Origin: a virus
Taxonomy: Duplodnaviria > Heunggongvirae > Uroviricota > Caudoviricetes
Length of the DNA stretch: 33,680 nt
Reading direction: 5' to 3' (one strand)
IMG/VR virus record: IMGVR_UViG_2526164670_000016
Coordinates: 1 to 33,680 of that record
In this document: in pieces, positions 8,108 to 17,352 of the stretch
Position numbering within the stretch: position 1 is the stretch's first letter
Layout: the number at the start of each line of letters is the position of its first letter
Translations under genes and position numbers: made by a program
The notes under the pieces: model-generated
Told to the model about the DNA's origin: nothing
Seen by the model: only the letters and a program-made list of their open reading frames with translations
Database searches by the model: none

Positions 8108-9278
8108 TCTCCACCGTTAACCCTGACAGGCGCGGGACCGACAGTTCGCTGACAATATCCGTCAGTGAAAAATGCAGTGAATCGACAACCGGAAAAGCTT
8201 TGTGGATCTCGCGGCCCAGATTCGAAAAGGAATAGCGCGAATAGGGCTGCGTCTTCTTAACGTCGTAATTGGCGTTCTCGCGAAACGCGCAACGAATCAG
8301 GTCGGTAATACCGGTTTTTAACGCGCTCAGGTCTTCCGCTTCCATGTTTTCCACGCTTTTGACGTATACCGTTACCGTCAGGGTGTGGCTGGTTTCCGGC
8401 ATGGTATAACACTGCAAATCATCACCGTGTCCGTGGTGGCCCTGGGTATTCACATAGTCGTTAACCGCATCAATAAAGGGTTGTGATATTTCGCCACTGT
8501 CCAGCAACAGGTAAGCATTTGCCGTACCCGGTCCCCGTGGGGCATCGTGCAAAAAGTAAATGCGATCAACGCTCAGGCCCAGCACGCTGGCAATCATGCT
8601 GCGGTAAATAGCGTCAGAGTGATAATTCCCCACCAGATTAAACTGGTTGCGGGTACGGTCGCGCAGCTCGTCGTCGCTTTCCTCGTTGGCTCCCGGCGTA
8701 ATCAGCCATTCGTCCTCATTGACCGCGCTGGCAATCCCGGCCACCGCAACGGGTAAAATCCGGTAATAGCCTGGCGCAAGGTTATAGCCGCTGCCGGTGC
8801 CGGTCGCCGTGACGGTAACCAGCCCGCTTTCAACCCCGGCAGGCAGCGTCACGTCTTCATTCACCGCCAGCACATAAACCACGCCGTTAATGCGCTCGGT
8901 TTGCACCAGTGTTCCGGCAGGCACGACGACCACATCCGCCGCGTTCAGCTTGTAGAACCGCAGCACGCCAGCGGCAGCGCTGGCCGGTTTAGGCACGATA
9001 TGAACCGCCCAGGCCAGCAGGCGCAGCATGGGACCGGTGGCCGTCGCAACAAACATATTGCGCAGGACCACATCGATCATCGCCGCCCGCAGCCATAACA
9101 CCGGCGTGGTGACAATCTTCGAAATCAGCCGCCAGAAAGGCGACATCCTCGACGTGTTTGTAACGAACCCTTCCGCCTGCACGGTGGCTTTAAACGCTGC
9201 CGTAATTTCGGCCTCTGTCGCGGGCATCCCGCTGTCATTCAGTACCTTTTCGAAATCAACGTCGGGTTTCTCAGTCAT
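8094..9278 (-). CDS. Baseplate J-like protein (P2 gpJ / Mu gp47 family), 394 aa
   Basis: Size and position immediately after the small W/gp46-like gene (ATGACTGA start/stop overlap). Confidence 0.65.
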   Translation of the reverse strand: MTEKPDVDFEKVLNDSGMPATEAEITAAFKATVQAEGFVTNTSRMSPFWRLISKIVTTPVLWLRAAMIDVVLRNMFVATATGPMLRLLAWAVHIVPKPASAAAGVLRFYKLNAADVVVVPAGTLVQTERINGVVYVLAVNEDVTLPAGVESGLVTVTATGTGSGYNLAPGYYRILPVAVAGIASAVNEDEWLITPGANEESDDELRDRTRNQFNLVGNYHSDAIYRSMIASVLGLSVDRIYFLHDAPRGPGTANAYLLLDSGEISQPFIDAVNDYVNTQGHHGHGDDLQCYTMPETSHTLTVTVYVKSVENMEAEDLSALKTGITDLIRCAFRENANYDVKKTQPYSRYSFSNLGREIHKAFPVVDSLHFSLTDIVSELSVPRLSGLTVEIEND

Positions 9279-9607
9279 AGTTAACCTCTGTACTGACAGG
9301 GCCGAAATCGTAGGTTTCCGCCGTGATATACAACCTCGAAAGGGTTTCTTCGGTGATCACTATGGTTCCTGGGACCAGACGTTCGTCGCTTTCCACCAGT
9401 AAGGACAGTTGTGTCAGCACGTCACCGCGCATTGTCGGGCTACGTTCACCGATCAGGCGGGTGGTGATACCGCTTTCCAGAATGCTGTGAATAATGTCCT
9501 GGGTGATGCTGTCGCGGTTATCGCAACGGCGCGGCTCGTTGCCCGCTGTCCAGCGTGAAATCGCCGTCAGTGATCAAAAGGTCGATGTATAACGGTTCGG
9601 TACTCAT
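9271..9607 (-). pseudogene. Small baseplate protein gene (gp46/W-like, about 111 aa) interrupted by a 1-nt frameshift
   Basis: ATG at 9607 overlaps the tape-measure stop (ATGA); frame 0 reads MSTEPLYIDLLITDGDFTLDSGQRAAPLR then stops; the +1 frame continues NEPRRCDNRDSITQDIIHSILESGITTRLIGERSP...TEVNYD and ends in a TGA overlapping the J-like ATG. One extra base near the GGGC run (about 9540) explains it. The track shows no ORF of 60 aa or more here. Confidence 0.5.
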
Positions 9608-11718
9608 CCTGCGTTAAGCTCCTGCCATTCAGCCAACTGGGCCGGGGTGATTCCATTGGGGGCGTTGATGTAGGTATCGCCCCACGTTTTACGGTTATCA
9701 ACAGCGGTTTTGCTGTCGCTTTTAACTTGACTCATCAGGCCGCCGCGTGGGATGCCTGCATTAATTCGGTTCCCCGTCAGCACGGACGGGCTGTTCAGCT
9801 TCGATGAACCTGCAGCACTGTCAGGAATGACCGCATTTGCCGGAACGGCAGCCGCTGCCGATGGCGAAACGGTTTTCAGGTCGATGTTGACGCCGGGGAT
9901 CTTGTTTAACTTCTCAACAATCCAGTTATAGGTAGACGCAAAGGTATTTTTGAGGACGTCAAAAAGTTTGCTGAATACCCCGCCGATGGTTTGTGCGAAC
10001 CCTTCAAAGGTGGCAAGCGGGGAAAGACCGGCAAAGAAATCAACCACCACGGCCCAGCCGTCTGTGATGGACTGCCAGACCTGCGCAAACACCTGGCCTA
10101 CCTGTTCAGCGACCGACATCACCCAGGCAAAAGCCGACGTATCCATGATTGCTGCTGCCAGTTCTTCCCAGTGGGTGATGACGTACCAGACCCCCACGGC
10201 CAGAAGTGCCAGCCCGGCAACGATCAGGGTGATCGGACTCATCAGGAGTTGCATTGCCGCCCCGGCAAACATGGTCGCCGCACCGTAAACCCGCATGGCA
10301 ATGGCTCCGGCCTTTAACGCGATATTCCATGCAGCAAGCGCGATGCGGCAGACGCCAGTCCACAGCGCCAGTAATTTTGACTGGATCCACAATGCAGCCA
10401 GACCGATGCGCGTCGTCAGCAGGGACAGACGCAACAGGTTTAGCGTCCATAACAGGAGTTTCCATGCCCCGCCCAGCACTTTTGCAATTGCGGCCAGCCC
10501 TGTCATGGTGAAGCCAAAGCCCCCCATCACGATATTGACCGCCGCCCCGGCCAGCCCGAAGGACAACACGCCCAGGGTGATGTAACCCAGCCAGCGGGCA
10601 ATATTCGGGAACATATCCAGCCAGCGGGCAAATTTTGTCCCCACGTCGGCAATACGGTTCATCAGCGGCGACAGGATAGGGATCAGCGTGTTACCAATCG
10701 CCACACGAATGGCAAAGAATGTCGCTTTGATACGTTCCCACGGCTCGGCCATTCGTTCGGCCATTTCCTGGGCGCGTTTCATCCCGTCATTTCGGCCCAG
10801 TTCGGTAATGCTGCGATTTAATTTATCCTGCTGGCCGTACAGCTTTTTGATAACGTCAGCGCCGCCACCGAATGCGGCGTCCAGCGCCTGTTGTGCCTTG
10901 ACGTTCCCTTCAATGCTCTGCCCGTATTTGCTCTGGAGTTTTTGCAGAATGTCACCCATCGGCAGCATTTTGCCGGTGGCATCGACAAAGCTCATACCCA
11001 GCTTTTCAGCGGCAGCCGGGGCGCTGCGTAAAAACTGCTCGTAGATCCCGCTGGCCTCAGTACCCAGCGTGCGCGAAAGTGTCCCCAGGACGACGAACTG
11101 TTCATCCAGGCTGACGCCAAAGTCAGCACCGGCGCTTTTCGTCCCCTCGATAAGCTCCTGCATGGTCTGCATTTTCACGCCAAAGTTTTGCACCATGTAC
11201 GCCGTTTTCCCTGCCAGCTCTTCGGCAAAACGCACATGGCCCAGACTGGACAGCTCCGCGTTGAAGCGTGACGCCATCGCGCCGATGTATTCGCCTGCCT
11301 CTTCGCCGCTGGCCTTGACGCCTGCGGCCAGGGTATTGGCCGCGATGGTAACGCGGGGCAGGTCCAGATCGGACAGGCCCGCCATTGCGCCTTTCATCGC
11401 GTAGCTTGACCGGACCACATCAACGGCCCCTTTGCCGTAGCGCATACTGAATCGCATGGCTTCGCCGGACAGACGCTTCAGCGCGTCCTCTGCCACGCCT
11501 TTGGAACCCACTTCTGCAAGCGCGGCGTTCATCTCATACGCCGGACCCACCACGCCCGCGATGGACTGCGCCACGCCCCAGACAGCAGCCGCACCGATCC
11601 CGATTTTTGTAAAAGACGCCTGCGATTTTTCGGCAAAGCCGGACAGCGAAGACTGGGCCGTCTTTAATGGCCGCGTCAGCTTATCGATCAGGCTCAGGGT
11701 AAAATCCAGGTGGCTCAT
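9604..11718 (-). CDS. Tail tape measure protein, 704 aa
   Basis: Largest ORF in the tail module; Ala/Gly-rich with a long hydrophobic central segment; preceded by a frameshifting chaperone gene pair. Confidence 0.8.
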   Translation of the reverse strand: MSHLDFTLSLIDKLTRPLKTAQSSLSGFAEKSQASFTKIGIGAAAVWGVAQSIAGVVGPAYEMNAALAEVGSKGVAEDALKRLSGEAMRFSMRYGKGAVDVVRSSYAMKGAMAGLSDLDLPRVTIAANTLAAGVKASGEEAGEYIGAMASRFNAELSSLGHVRFAEELAGKTAYMVQNFGVKMQTMQELIEGTKSAGADFGVSLDEQFVVLGTLSRTLGTEASGIYEQFLRSAPAAAEKLGMSFVDATGKMLPMGDILQKLQSKYGQSIEGNVKAQQALDAAFGGGADVIKKLYGQQDKLNRSITELGRNDGMKRAQEMAERMAEPWERIKATFFAIRVAIGNTLIPILSPLMNRIADVGTKFARWLDMFPNIARWLGYITLGVLSFGLAGAAVNIVMGGFGFTMTGLAAIAKVLGGAWKLLLWTLNLLRLSLLTTRIGLAALWIQSKLLALWTGVCRIALAAWNIALKAGAIAMRVYGAATMFAGAAMQLLMSPITLIVAGLALLAVGVWYVITHWEELAAAIMDTSAFAWVMSVAEQVGQVFAQVWQSITDGWAVVVDFFAGLSPLATFEGFAQTIGGVFSKLFDVLKNTFASTYNWIVEKLNKIPGVNIDLKTVSPSAAAAVPANAVIPDSAAGSSKLNSPSVLTGNRINAGIPRGGLMSQVKSDSKTAVDNRKTWGDTYINAPNGITPAQLAEWQELNAG

Positions 11719-11719
11719 A

Positions 11720-11917
11720 TCAGTTTCCGTTAAATGCGATTGCTATCCCTTCCGCCGTCTTACTGGCGCGGGTCTGGGCGAAATATTCATCCAGCCACAG
11801 GGCGCGGGCGATGCTTTCTTCGTCGTCGTCTTCGTGCGGGAGGTAATAGCGGCGCAGGGCAAGGTATTGCTCAAGCACATTCTTGCGAATGGCCGCCACC
11901 CGCGCCGTCAGTTTTTT
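11720..11917 (-). other. E'-like extension frame reached by programmed -1 ribosomal frameshift at slippery heptamer A_AAA_AAC (minus strand, 11911-11917)
   Basis: The -1 frame is open for 64 codons (KKLTARVAAIRKNVLEQYLALRRYYLPHEDDDEESIARALWLDEYFAQTRASKTAEGIAIAFNGN) from the heptamer, placed just before the stop of the 89-aa ORF, to a TGA one nucleotide before the tape-measure ATG. Confidence 0.55.
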
Positions 11918-12177
11918 ACTTCGATCTCAAGTTTGGGGGAGTAAATCTCGTTCACCTTCTCGACGATCTGCATTTCGCAACCCGGATAATCTTCCATCAG
12001 CTTGTTGAGCGCCTCTTTACACTCGGCATCAACAATGCGGCCCAGATAAGTCACCATCGGGGCAACCTTATTGGTCATGGTCATTTCGTTAAGCAGGTTG
12101 TTAAACGCGGTTTTATTCGGCTCAAAGCTCAGATTTACGCCCGCCACGGTCATGGCGATTTTTTTCGATTTGCTCAT
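11908..12177 (-). CDS. Tail assembly chaperone (P2 gpE-like / lambda G-like), 89 aa
   Basis: Small ORF immediately upstream of the tape measure gene; ends ...EIEVKN with the slippery heptamer inside its last codons. Confidence 0.55.
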   Translation of the reverse strand: MSKSKKIAMTVAGVNLSFEPNKTAFNNLLNEMTMTNKVAPMVTYLGRIVDAECKEALNKLMEDYPGCEMQIVEKVNEIYSPKLEIEVKN

Positions 12178-12470
12178 TGTGCTAATTCCTTACGTTGTCG
12201 AATTATGCCCACCAGGGCGTTATGTCGGGCGGCGCAGTCGGTATACATCAGCCGGTAGGCTTTCAGCGCCGCGTCAAAGTCATTTCCGGTCGGTCCGGCC
12301 AGACGTGGCAGCGTGACCGGGCAAAGTGTCAGCTGGTTTTCCTGATAATTTTCGTTCGGCTTGATCTGCACTTTCGTTGAACAACCGGACGTAATCATCA
12401 GAAGCGCAAACGTTGCTAAAAACCGGCTTAATGGTTTCCGTGCGGATAACCCGTTCCGTGTGAATTTCAT
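12174..12470 (-). CDS. o-spanin (Rz1-like outer-membrane lipoprotein), up to 98 aa
   Basis: N-terminal signal-like segment with lipobox-like LMITSGC; overlaps the 3' half of the i-spanin gene in another frame; start uncertain. Confidence 0.5.
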   Translation of the reverse strand: MKFTRNGLSARKPLSRFLATFALLMITSGCSTKVQIKPNENYQENQLTLCPVTLPRLAGPTGNDFDAALKAYRLMYTDCAARHNALVGIIRQRKELAQ

Positions 12471-12663
12471 TGGCCCTCAGCTCCGCGAGTTTTGCTTCCA
12501 GCGCTTCACCAGACTGCTGTGTCACCTCAACAACAATCTGGCGCGTTTGTTCTGCCGCTTCACTGGCAGCGAGTTTCAGCTTTGCGTCGTGCCAGTCATG
12601 CGCCTGCCAGCCCGCTGACATCGCAGCGACGAGAATCAGCAAAAGACCCAGCAAATTGCGCAT
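12280..12663 (-). CDS. i-spanin (Rz-like inner-membrane protein), 127 aa
   Basis: N-terminal transmembrane helix (LLGLLLILVAAMSAGW) followed by a charged coiled-coil-like periplasmic domain; directly downstream of the endolysin gene. Confidence 0.55.
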   Translation of the reverse strand: MRNLLGLLLILVAAMSAGWQAHDWHDAKLKLAASEAAEQTRQIVVEVTQQSGEALEAKLAELRANEIHTERVIRTETIKPVFSNVCASDDYVRLFNESADQAERKLSGKPADTLPGHAATSGRTDRK

Positions 12664-13001
12664 CAGCGAACCCCGTTATGCTCAAGACTGAAATGGTTGC
12701 CGTCCGGCTTACTGAAACGTCCACCCCACGATCCGCCGATAGATTCCCAGTATTCGCCCAGGGGGCGGTATGCGGCGCTGTCGGCCTGGTATTCGCCGTT
12801 AATAAACAGGTTAAAATCCACCGCGAGGCGCTGGGTATGCAGGCTGTTAGCAATGCCACTCCCTTTTTTTGCGTTAAGCGCGGCCTGTTCCGGCGTGCGG
12901 TACGCTTCGCCAAACGTCAGGCGATAGCCCTTTTCTTCGGCAAAATGAATCAGGCTGGCGATCATCACCGTGAAAAGTTGCTGTTTTTCACTCAGTTTCA
13001 T
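12663..13001 (-). CDS. Endolysin, L-alanyl-D-glutamate peptidase-like (peptidase M15 family), 112 aa
   Basis: Small protein with Zn-binding-like motifs (SLHTQRLAVD, DGNHFS) typical of M15 phage endolysins; sits between holin and spanins. Confidence 0.65.
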   Translation of the reverse strand: MKLSEKQQLFTVMIASLIHFAEEKGYRLTFGEAYRTPEQAALNAKKGSGIANSLHTQRLAVDFNLFINGEYQADSAAYRPLGEYWESIGGSWGGRFSKPDGNHFSLEHNGVR

Positions 13002-13299
13002 TGCGCTTGCTCTCCCATCGCTTGATATACATATCCAGGCAGCGCTTTAACCCTGCCTCAATAAACGCGCTTCCCAGAATGCCCAGGGCGCAGGCCAGCC
13101 CAATGACGACCAGTTCCGGCATATCGGGGAATTTCAGCAGAGGGATTGCGGCCAGCGGTGCGACCGCAGATCCCAGAATCATCCGCCCGACCAGCAGGCG
13201 GGTTGTGATTCGCTCATTGCCGACCATCAGTTGCCCCAGGCCAATCACGGCCCCGATAAGCAACAGCTTTTCAAGCAGTGACGTTTCTCCGTTCATCAT
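12988..13299 (-). CDS. Holin, 103 aa
   Basis: Three predicted hydrophobic helices and a charged C-terminus (KRWESKRNETE); immediately upstream of the endolysin, overlapping by 14 nt. Confidence 0.6.
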   Translation of the reverse strand: MMNGETSLLEKLLLIGAVIGLGQLMVGNERITTRLLVGRMILGSAVAPLAAIPLLKFPDMPELVVIGLACALGILGSAFIEAGLKRCLDMYIKRWESKRNETE

Positions 13300-13303
13300 C
13301 GTG

Positions 13304-13759
13304 TCAGCCTTTCAAATCGCGAGTGTCGCGGGCTGACAGGTACGGCACGCCGTCAATCGCGACAAAGTCCGGGCTTGTCACCATGAATTTAATTTTCTTC
13401 GTGGTTTTGCTGGCCTCGTTGGGGTTGATGTTGACGATGTCGGACAGCGTCGGAACGCAGCCAAACACCTCGATTTTTTCTTCGTCGTCCCCGGCGTTGG
13501 CGTAGAACAAAAAGTCCTTTGCCGGAATGGATCGCCAGGAACCTGCGGCACGGGCCACGGCGGTAAACTTTTTAAAGTTCTGGGAGTCGACTTCGACTTC
13601 CACATCCGCCGAAACTGACCCTTTCGTGTGGCCGTTCGGGATGCCACGCGACTGCGCAACGGCGCTGTTATCCGTAATGGTGACGGTGGCGTTTTCGACG
13701 TGAATCATGATGCTGTCGTAGTTCACATCGAACGATCCACCGCTGATACGTTCAGTCAT
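13304..13759 (-). CDS. Putative tail tube protein, 151 aa
   Basis: Position directly downstream of the putative sheath gene; size fits tube proteins; no strong motif recognised. Confidence 0.45.
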   Translation of the reverse strand: MTERISGGSFDVNYDSIMIHVENATVTITDNSAVAQSRGIPNGHTKGSVSADVEVEVDSQNFKKFTAVARAAGSWRSIPAKDFLFYANAGDDEEKIEVFGCVPTLSDIVNINPNEASKTTKKIKFMVTSPDFVAIDGVPYLSARDTRDLKG

Positions 13760-13762
13760 TGA

Positions 13763-14905
13763 TTAGCTCTCCAGTGAGGTGTCCAGTTCGATGCTGACGC
13801 TGATTTCTTTCGCGCTCTCATACGGTCGAACCACAAGGTAAATCTGCACCGCTTCGCTACTGGTCCAGGTGATGGTGATGTCGCCGTCCTTTGGTGGCTT
13901 CACTTCGCCCGGAAATTCGACGCCATTGATCTGGGTTGAAATCGCCATTTCGCGCAGCGGCTTGCCGAAATAGGTTTCATGCGCGGCGATGCTGCCCGGT
14001 GTGCTGTTCAGTGAACGATCGGCAATTTTTGGGATTGCACGCAGACGGACGCGGCGGGAGGCTTTATCAACCACGCGCACGTTTTCAATCACCTGATAAT
14101 CACCGCCTTCAACGTCCAGGGTGCGACCGTCAGCCCAGTAGATGCCGTCATAATCGTGATACCACATCGGCACGCTGTAGCGGTTCGCCTGCAAGGACTG
14201 CAACACGGCCAGATCAATTTCGGCCCCCGTCCCGTCGACCGGCAGGCCGTCGCTCCCCAGCGCGGTGACTGCGCCGGTTGCGACGCGGGCGGGGCTGTCT
14301 GCCACCGTCACCGAACGGTTACACAGGCGACCGACCAGGACGCCGGGTTCGTTACCCCACAGACGCGGGACCAGTTGCACCCCAGGCGATGCAATACCGT
14401 CCTGGAGTGCTGCCAGACGCGTCACATAGTCGCTCCACGCTTCGTCCTTTTCCGGCCCACCCACAGCAAGGGCAAACCAGATAAAACGCCCAAAACTGGC
14501 CTGTAAGGTGACGCGCATTTCCGTTGCACGGTTGATGGTGGCCTTGTCGGTGGTATCAAAAGCCAGAAGGATCCCTTCCACGGATGCCACGCTCTGGGCC
14601 TGTTTGACCGCGCTCATCCAGTCTTCGTCTGGTTTATAGCCCTCGGCTTCCGTGTCCGGTTGTTCCAGTACGTGCACATAAGCAAACCAGTTCTGACCGG
14701 CGTTATTGGCCGCAGCGGCCACAATGCTTTTTAACAGGCTGTCTTTGTCGCCCAGGGCTTTATCCAGATCGCTGTCGGTATTCAGCGACTGGGTTTTCCC
14801 GATGTTAGTGTCGCCGTAACCCACAAAGAGGATGACGCGCTCGACGTCGTTCGTTGTGCCGTTGAAGCGGTTTTTCTGACTGACGTTGACTGTAGGCCAG
14901 GTCAT
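13763..14905 (-). CDS. Putative contractile tail sheath protein, 380 aa
   Basis: Position after the R/S-like tail completion genes and before the tube gene; size fits small sheath proteins; family not verified. Confidence 0.45.
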   Translation of the reverse strand: MTWPTVNVSQKNRFNGTTNDVERVILFVGYGDTNIGKTQSLNTDSDLDKALGDKDSLLKSIVAAAANNAGQNWFAYVHVLEQPDTEAEGYKPDEDWMSAVKQAQSVASVEGILLAFDTTDKATINRATEMRVTLQASFGRFIWFALAVGGPEKDEAWSDYVTRLAALQDGIASPGVQLVPRLWGNEPGVLVGRLCNRSVTVADSPARVATGAVTALGSDGLPVDGTGAEIDLAVLQSLQANRYSVPMWYHDYDGIYWADGRTLDVEGGDYQVIENVRVVDKASRRVRLRAIPKIADRSLNSTPGSIAAHETYFGKPLREMAISTQINGVEFPGEVKPPKDGDITITWTSSEAVQIYLVVRPYESAKEISVSIELDTSLES

Positions 14906-14907
14906 TT

Positions 14908-15603
14908 TTACCCCCTGATATGCTGCGCGTTGACGTCCCAGCCGAAGCCGATTGCCTGCATTTGCCGCGCAATAATTTGGTTAAATTCGTCGTTGCTCAC
15001 CCCCAGAAAAACGCGTCCAGGAATATCAATGGTCCATGTGCGTTTTGAGGGTGTGCCTTTCAGTTTTCGAATCAGTAATCCCGCCTGGGCCATGCTCATG
15101 GTTTCCATGATTTGCCTGCTGGACGGCTTAACCCAGCGCTTGCCCTTGCGGGTTTTGTAGCCCAGCGCCCGCAGGCGCTTGGCCTGTCGCGGTAGCGCGG
15201 GCTTGTCAGCCTGCGGCTTGCGCGGGGCGTTACTGGCTTTCATCTGGATCCGTGCGCCGTCCTGCTGGACCGCACCGACCAGACCCGCCGCAATGGGCTT
15301 CGTCCCGTTCCGGTAGTTCCCGCCCTTGAGGTAAATTCTTACCCCCTGAATCTCCGGCATTTCACGCACGGCCAGCAGTTTGGGCAGCCCTTTTAGCATC
15401 TTCCCTTTGCCACGCTTGCGCGGCTCCCACGACGTACCGTCCGGGGCCGCCTGCTGGCGCTGGTGACGTTTTGCCGCTGCAACAATGCCCAGCTTTGCAA
15501 TACGCCATAAAAGGCGCTGGCGCTTACGCGGGGGAAGGTCAGCTTTTGCCAGCGTTTCCCGCATCTGCTTTAGCTGTTGCTGGTTCAGCTCCCCACGGAT
15601 CAC
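14908..15603 (-). CDS. Virion morphogenesis / tail completion protein (P2 gpS-like or Mu G-like), 231 aa
   Basis: Position after the R-like gene; basic, Lys/Arg-rich central insert; weak motif similarity (DGTSWEP) to virion morphogenesis family proteins. Confidence 0.45.
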   Translation of the reverse strand: MIRGELNQQQLKQMRETLAKADLPPRKRQRLLWRIAKLGIVAAAKRHQRQQAAPDGTSWEPRKRGKGKMLKGLPKLLAVREMPEIQGVRIYLKGGNYRNGTKPIAAGLVGAVQQDGARIQMKASNAPRKPQADKPALPRQAKRLRALGYKTRKGKRWVKPSSRQIMETMSMAQAGLLIRKLKGTPSKRTWTIDIPGRVFLGVSNDEFNQIIARQMQAIGFGWDVNAQHIRG

Positions 15604-16076
15604 GACGCGTCACCACGCTGGACAATAAATTCCAGTTGCGACGCCTCCCAGATTTCGGGGTTTACGATGTCCCATTTCTTGCCCTTGAAAGGGATCGGTC
15701 CTTTTTCCACTTCACGCAGGACCAGCGGATCAACCAGCGGGACAACCACATCCAGAATACATGACCCTTCGTCGTCGAACTCCGGGTCCACGGTGGGATC
15801 GGCTAACTTCAGCTCGTCGCGCAGTTCGTTGGCGAATTCATCCACCCAGGCCAGCACCAGGGCATAAATCAGCCCCGGCGAATATTTGCGGTAGGGGAAG
15901 TCATCCCACGACAAACGGGCGGTATAAGTCAGCACCCCGATCCGGCGCTGGTTGTTCCCCAGCGCTTTGGCGTTGCGTACCAGCTCGCAATCCTCCATTG
16001 AACTGGAAAACATCTGCATGGCATCAGGCGGCAGATTTGCCGTAATAAACGCCGTCAGGCTTTCAAGCTGGCTCAT
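15600..16076 (-). CDS. Tail completion protein (P2 gpR-like), 158 aa
   Basis: Immediately after the head completion gene; size and a VLAW-containing motif are similar to gpR from memory. Confidence 0.45.
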   Translation of the reverse strand: MSQLESLTAFITANLPPDAMQMFSSSMEDCELVRNAKALGNNQRRIGVLTYTARLSWDDFPYRKYSPGLIYALVLAWVDEFANELRDELKLADPTVDPEFDDEGSCILDVVVPLVDPLVLREVEKGPIPFKGKKWDIVNPEIWEASQLEFIVQRGDAS

Positions 16077-16606
16077 ATCAAATGCACCCCAACGCGTGGT
16101 TGTCGCAGCATGTTTCGCATCACGTTGGCCGCCTCGGCCAGCAGGCTGGCGCGGGTGTCCTGGCTTTCCTGCCCCGGATGCGATTCACGCCGCCCGATGG
16201 TGGCGAACTCCCCCAGTAAATCGGCCTTTGCGCGGGCGTAGACCGCTTTTTTGTACTGGGCTGTTAACTGGGTTTCGTCGCCCATCTTTGCACCCGGTAC
16301 ATCTGCGGCCCGCTCGCAGGCTTTCGCGTTCCAGTACGTCACCACGTCGGCCAGCGCGTCGTTTACCTCCGCAATAGCGGCCAGCAGGGCCACGCCTGCG
16401 GTTTCTGGCGGCAGATCAGCGGGCAGCGTGCGCACCTTCTGAAACTCGGCCAGATCGAGATCGGGCCAGAACGTCACGCCGTTGGTGATCGCTGTTGGCG
16501 TCACCGTCACTGGCTTGCCGCTGATACTGAAACTTGGGCCACTCATTGGCGTACCTCGGTTTTGCAATAGAAACGGGCTAACGGGTTCCACGGCCAACAA
16601 CCGCAT
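16073..16606 (-). CDS. L: Head completion/stabilisation protein (P2 gpL-like), up to 177 aa
   Basis: Follows the small terminase gene as in the P2 head operon; true start may be the internal ATG (MSGPSF...). Confidence 0.6.
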   Translation of the reverse strand: MRLLAVEPVSPFLLQNRGTPMSGPSFSISGKPVTVTPTAITNGVTFWPDLDLAEFQKVRTLPADLPPETAGVALLAAIAEVNDALADVVTYWNAKACERAADVPGAKMGDETQLTAQYKKAVYARAKADLLGEFATIGRRESHPGQESQDTRASLLAEAANVMRNMLRQPRVGVHLI

Positions 16607-16648
16607 GGTTGATGCCTCCCCCGCGCCCGTCCCGGCTAGCGGGAGTCT

Positions 16649-17350
16649 TTAAAGCTGGGTCAGGCCGTTAATCCGGGCGCGGATTTTTTCGCGCATGGTC
16701 TTAACTCCGGCGTTTTTGTTGTACGCCGCCGCCTGGGCCAAAAGGGCGTCGGCCTGCTCCAGCGTGTTCACATCATCCACGGCAGTGGCTCGCGGCTGCC
16801 CCTTCTCGTCGCGCAGCAGGTAAAGACCGGCGAACTTGAACCACTTCGCGTTAATGTCTTCGTGCAAACGCCACTTTTCGCGGATGTTTTCAAAGGTGCG
16901 GCTGAAATAGGGCTCGATGCTGTGACCGGCTTCCGCCTGCATGATCGCCCACTCCAGCACCGTGTCGGCCACAAAGGCAGGCAGGTTGCTTTTGAAGTTT
17001 TCCGGCGTGGCCTGGCTCTCACTGATAGCCACATCAGCCCAGTCCAGCGCCTTGCCCATTTCCCCCGTATCGAACAGCCAGATCACGCAGTAAACCAGGG
17101 CCGGATTGGCAAAGCGGGCATCACCGGAAAGGTATGCTTCAACGGTTGGCATCCAGCGCGGCAAAAGAACATCGCACTTCATGTCCATACGGTCAGCGCG
17201 TGTCAGATTGCGAAGCCGTTCAACATCCTTTTCCAGTTCCAGCATTTGAATGTGAAAGCTGACCGGCGATGCCGTCAGGGCTTCGCACTTATCCAGCGCC
17301 TTTGCGGCTTTAATGCGTGCTCGGTGTCGCTGACACGGGGTCATAGCCAT
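16649..17350 (-). CDS. M: Terminase endonuclease (small) subunit (P2 gpM-like), 233 aa
   Basis: Conserved P2 order O-N-M-L; sequence resembles gpM-family proteins. Confidence 0.7.
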   Translation of the reverse strand: MAMTPCQRHRARIKAAKALDKCEALTASPVSFHIQMLELEKDVERLRNLTRADRMDMKCDVLLPRWMPTVEAYLSGDARFANPALVYCVIWLFDTGEMGKALDWADVAISESQATPENFKSNLPAFVADTVLEWAIMQAEAGHSIEPYFSRTFENIREKWRLHEDINAKWFKFAGLYLLRDEKGQPRATAVDDVNTLEQADALLAQAAAYNKNAGVKTMREKIRARINGLTQL

Positions 17351-17352
17351 TT

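Noticed and set aside
9906-11944. Multiple 60-160-aa ORFs on both strands overlapping the tape measure gene and the chaperone/tape-measure junction
   Set aside because: Overlap a long, well-supported ORF; the open plus-strand frame near 11720-11917 is explained by the E'-like extension frame on the minus strand.
16607-16648. GC-rich hairpin-like sequence between the M-like and L-like genes, considered as a possible cos site or terminator
   Set aside because: No T-run and no match to the P2 cos sequence as I recall it; it may also lie inside the L-like coding region depending on the true start.
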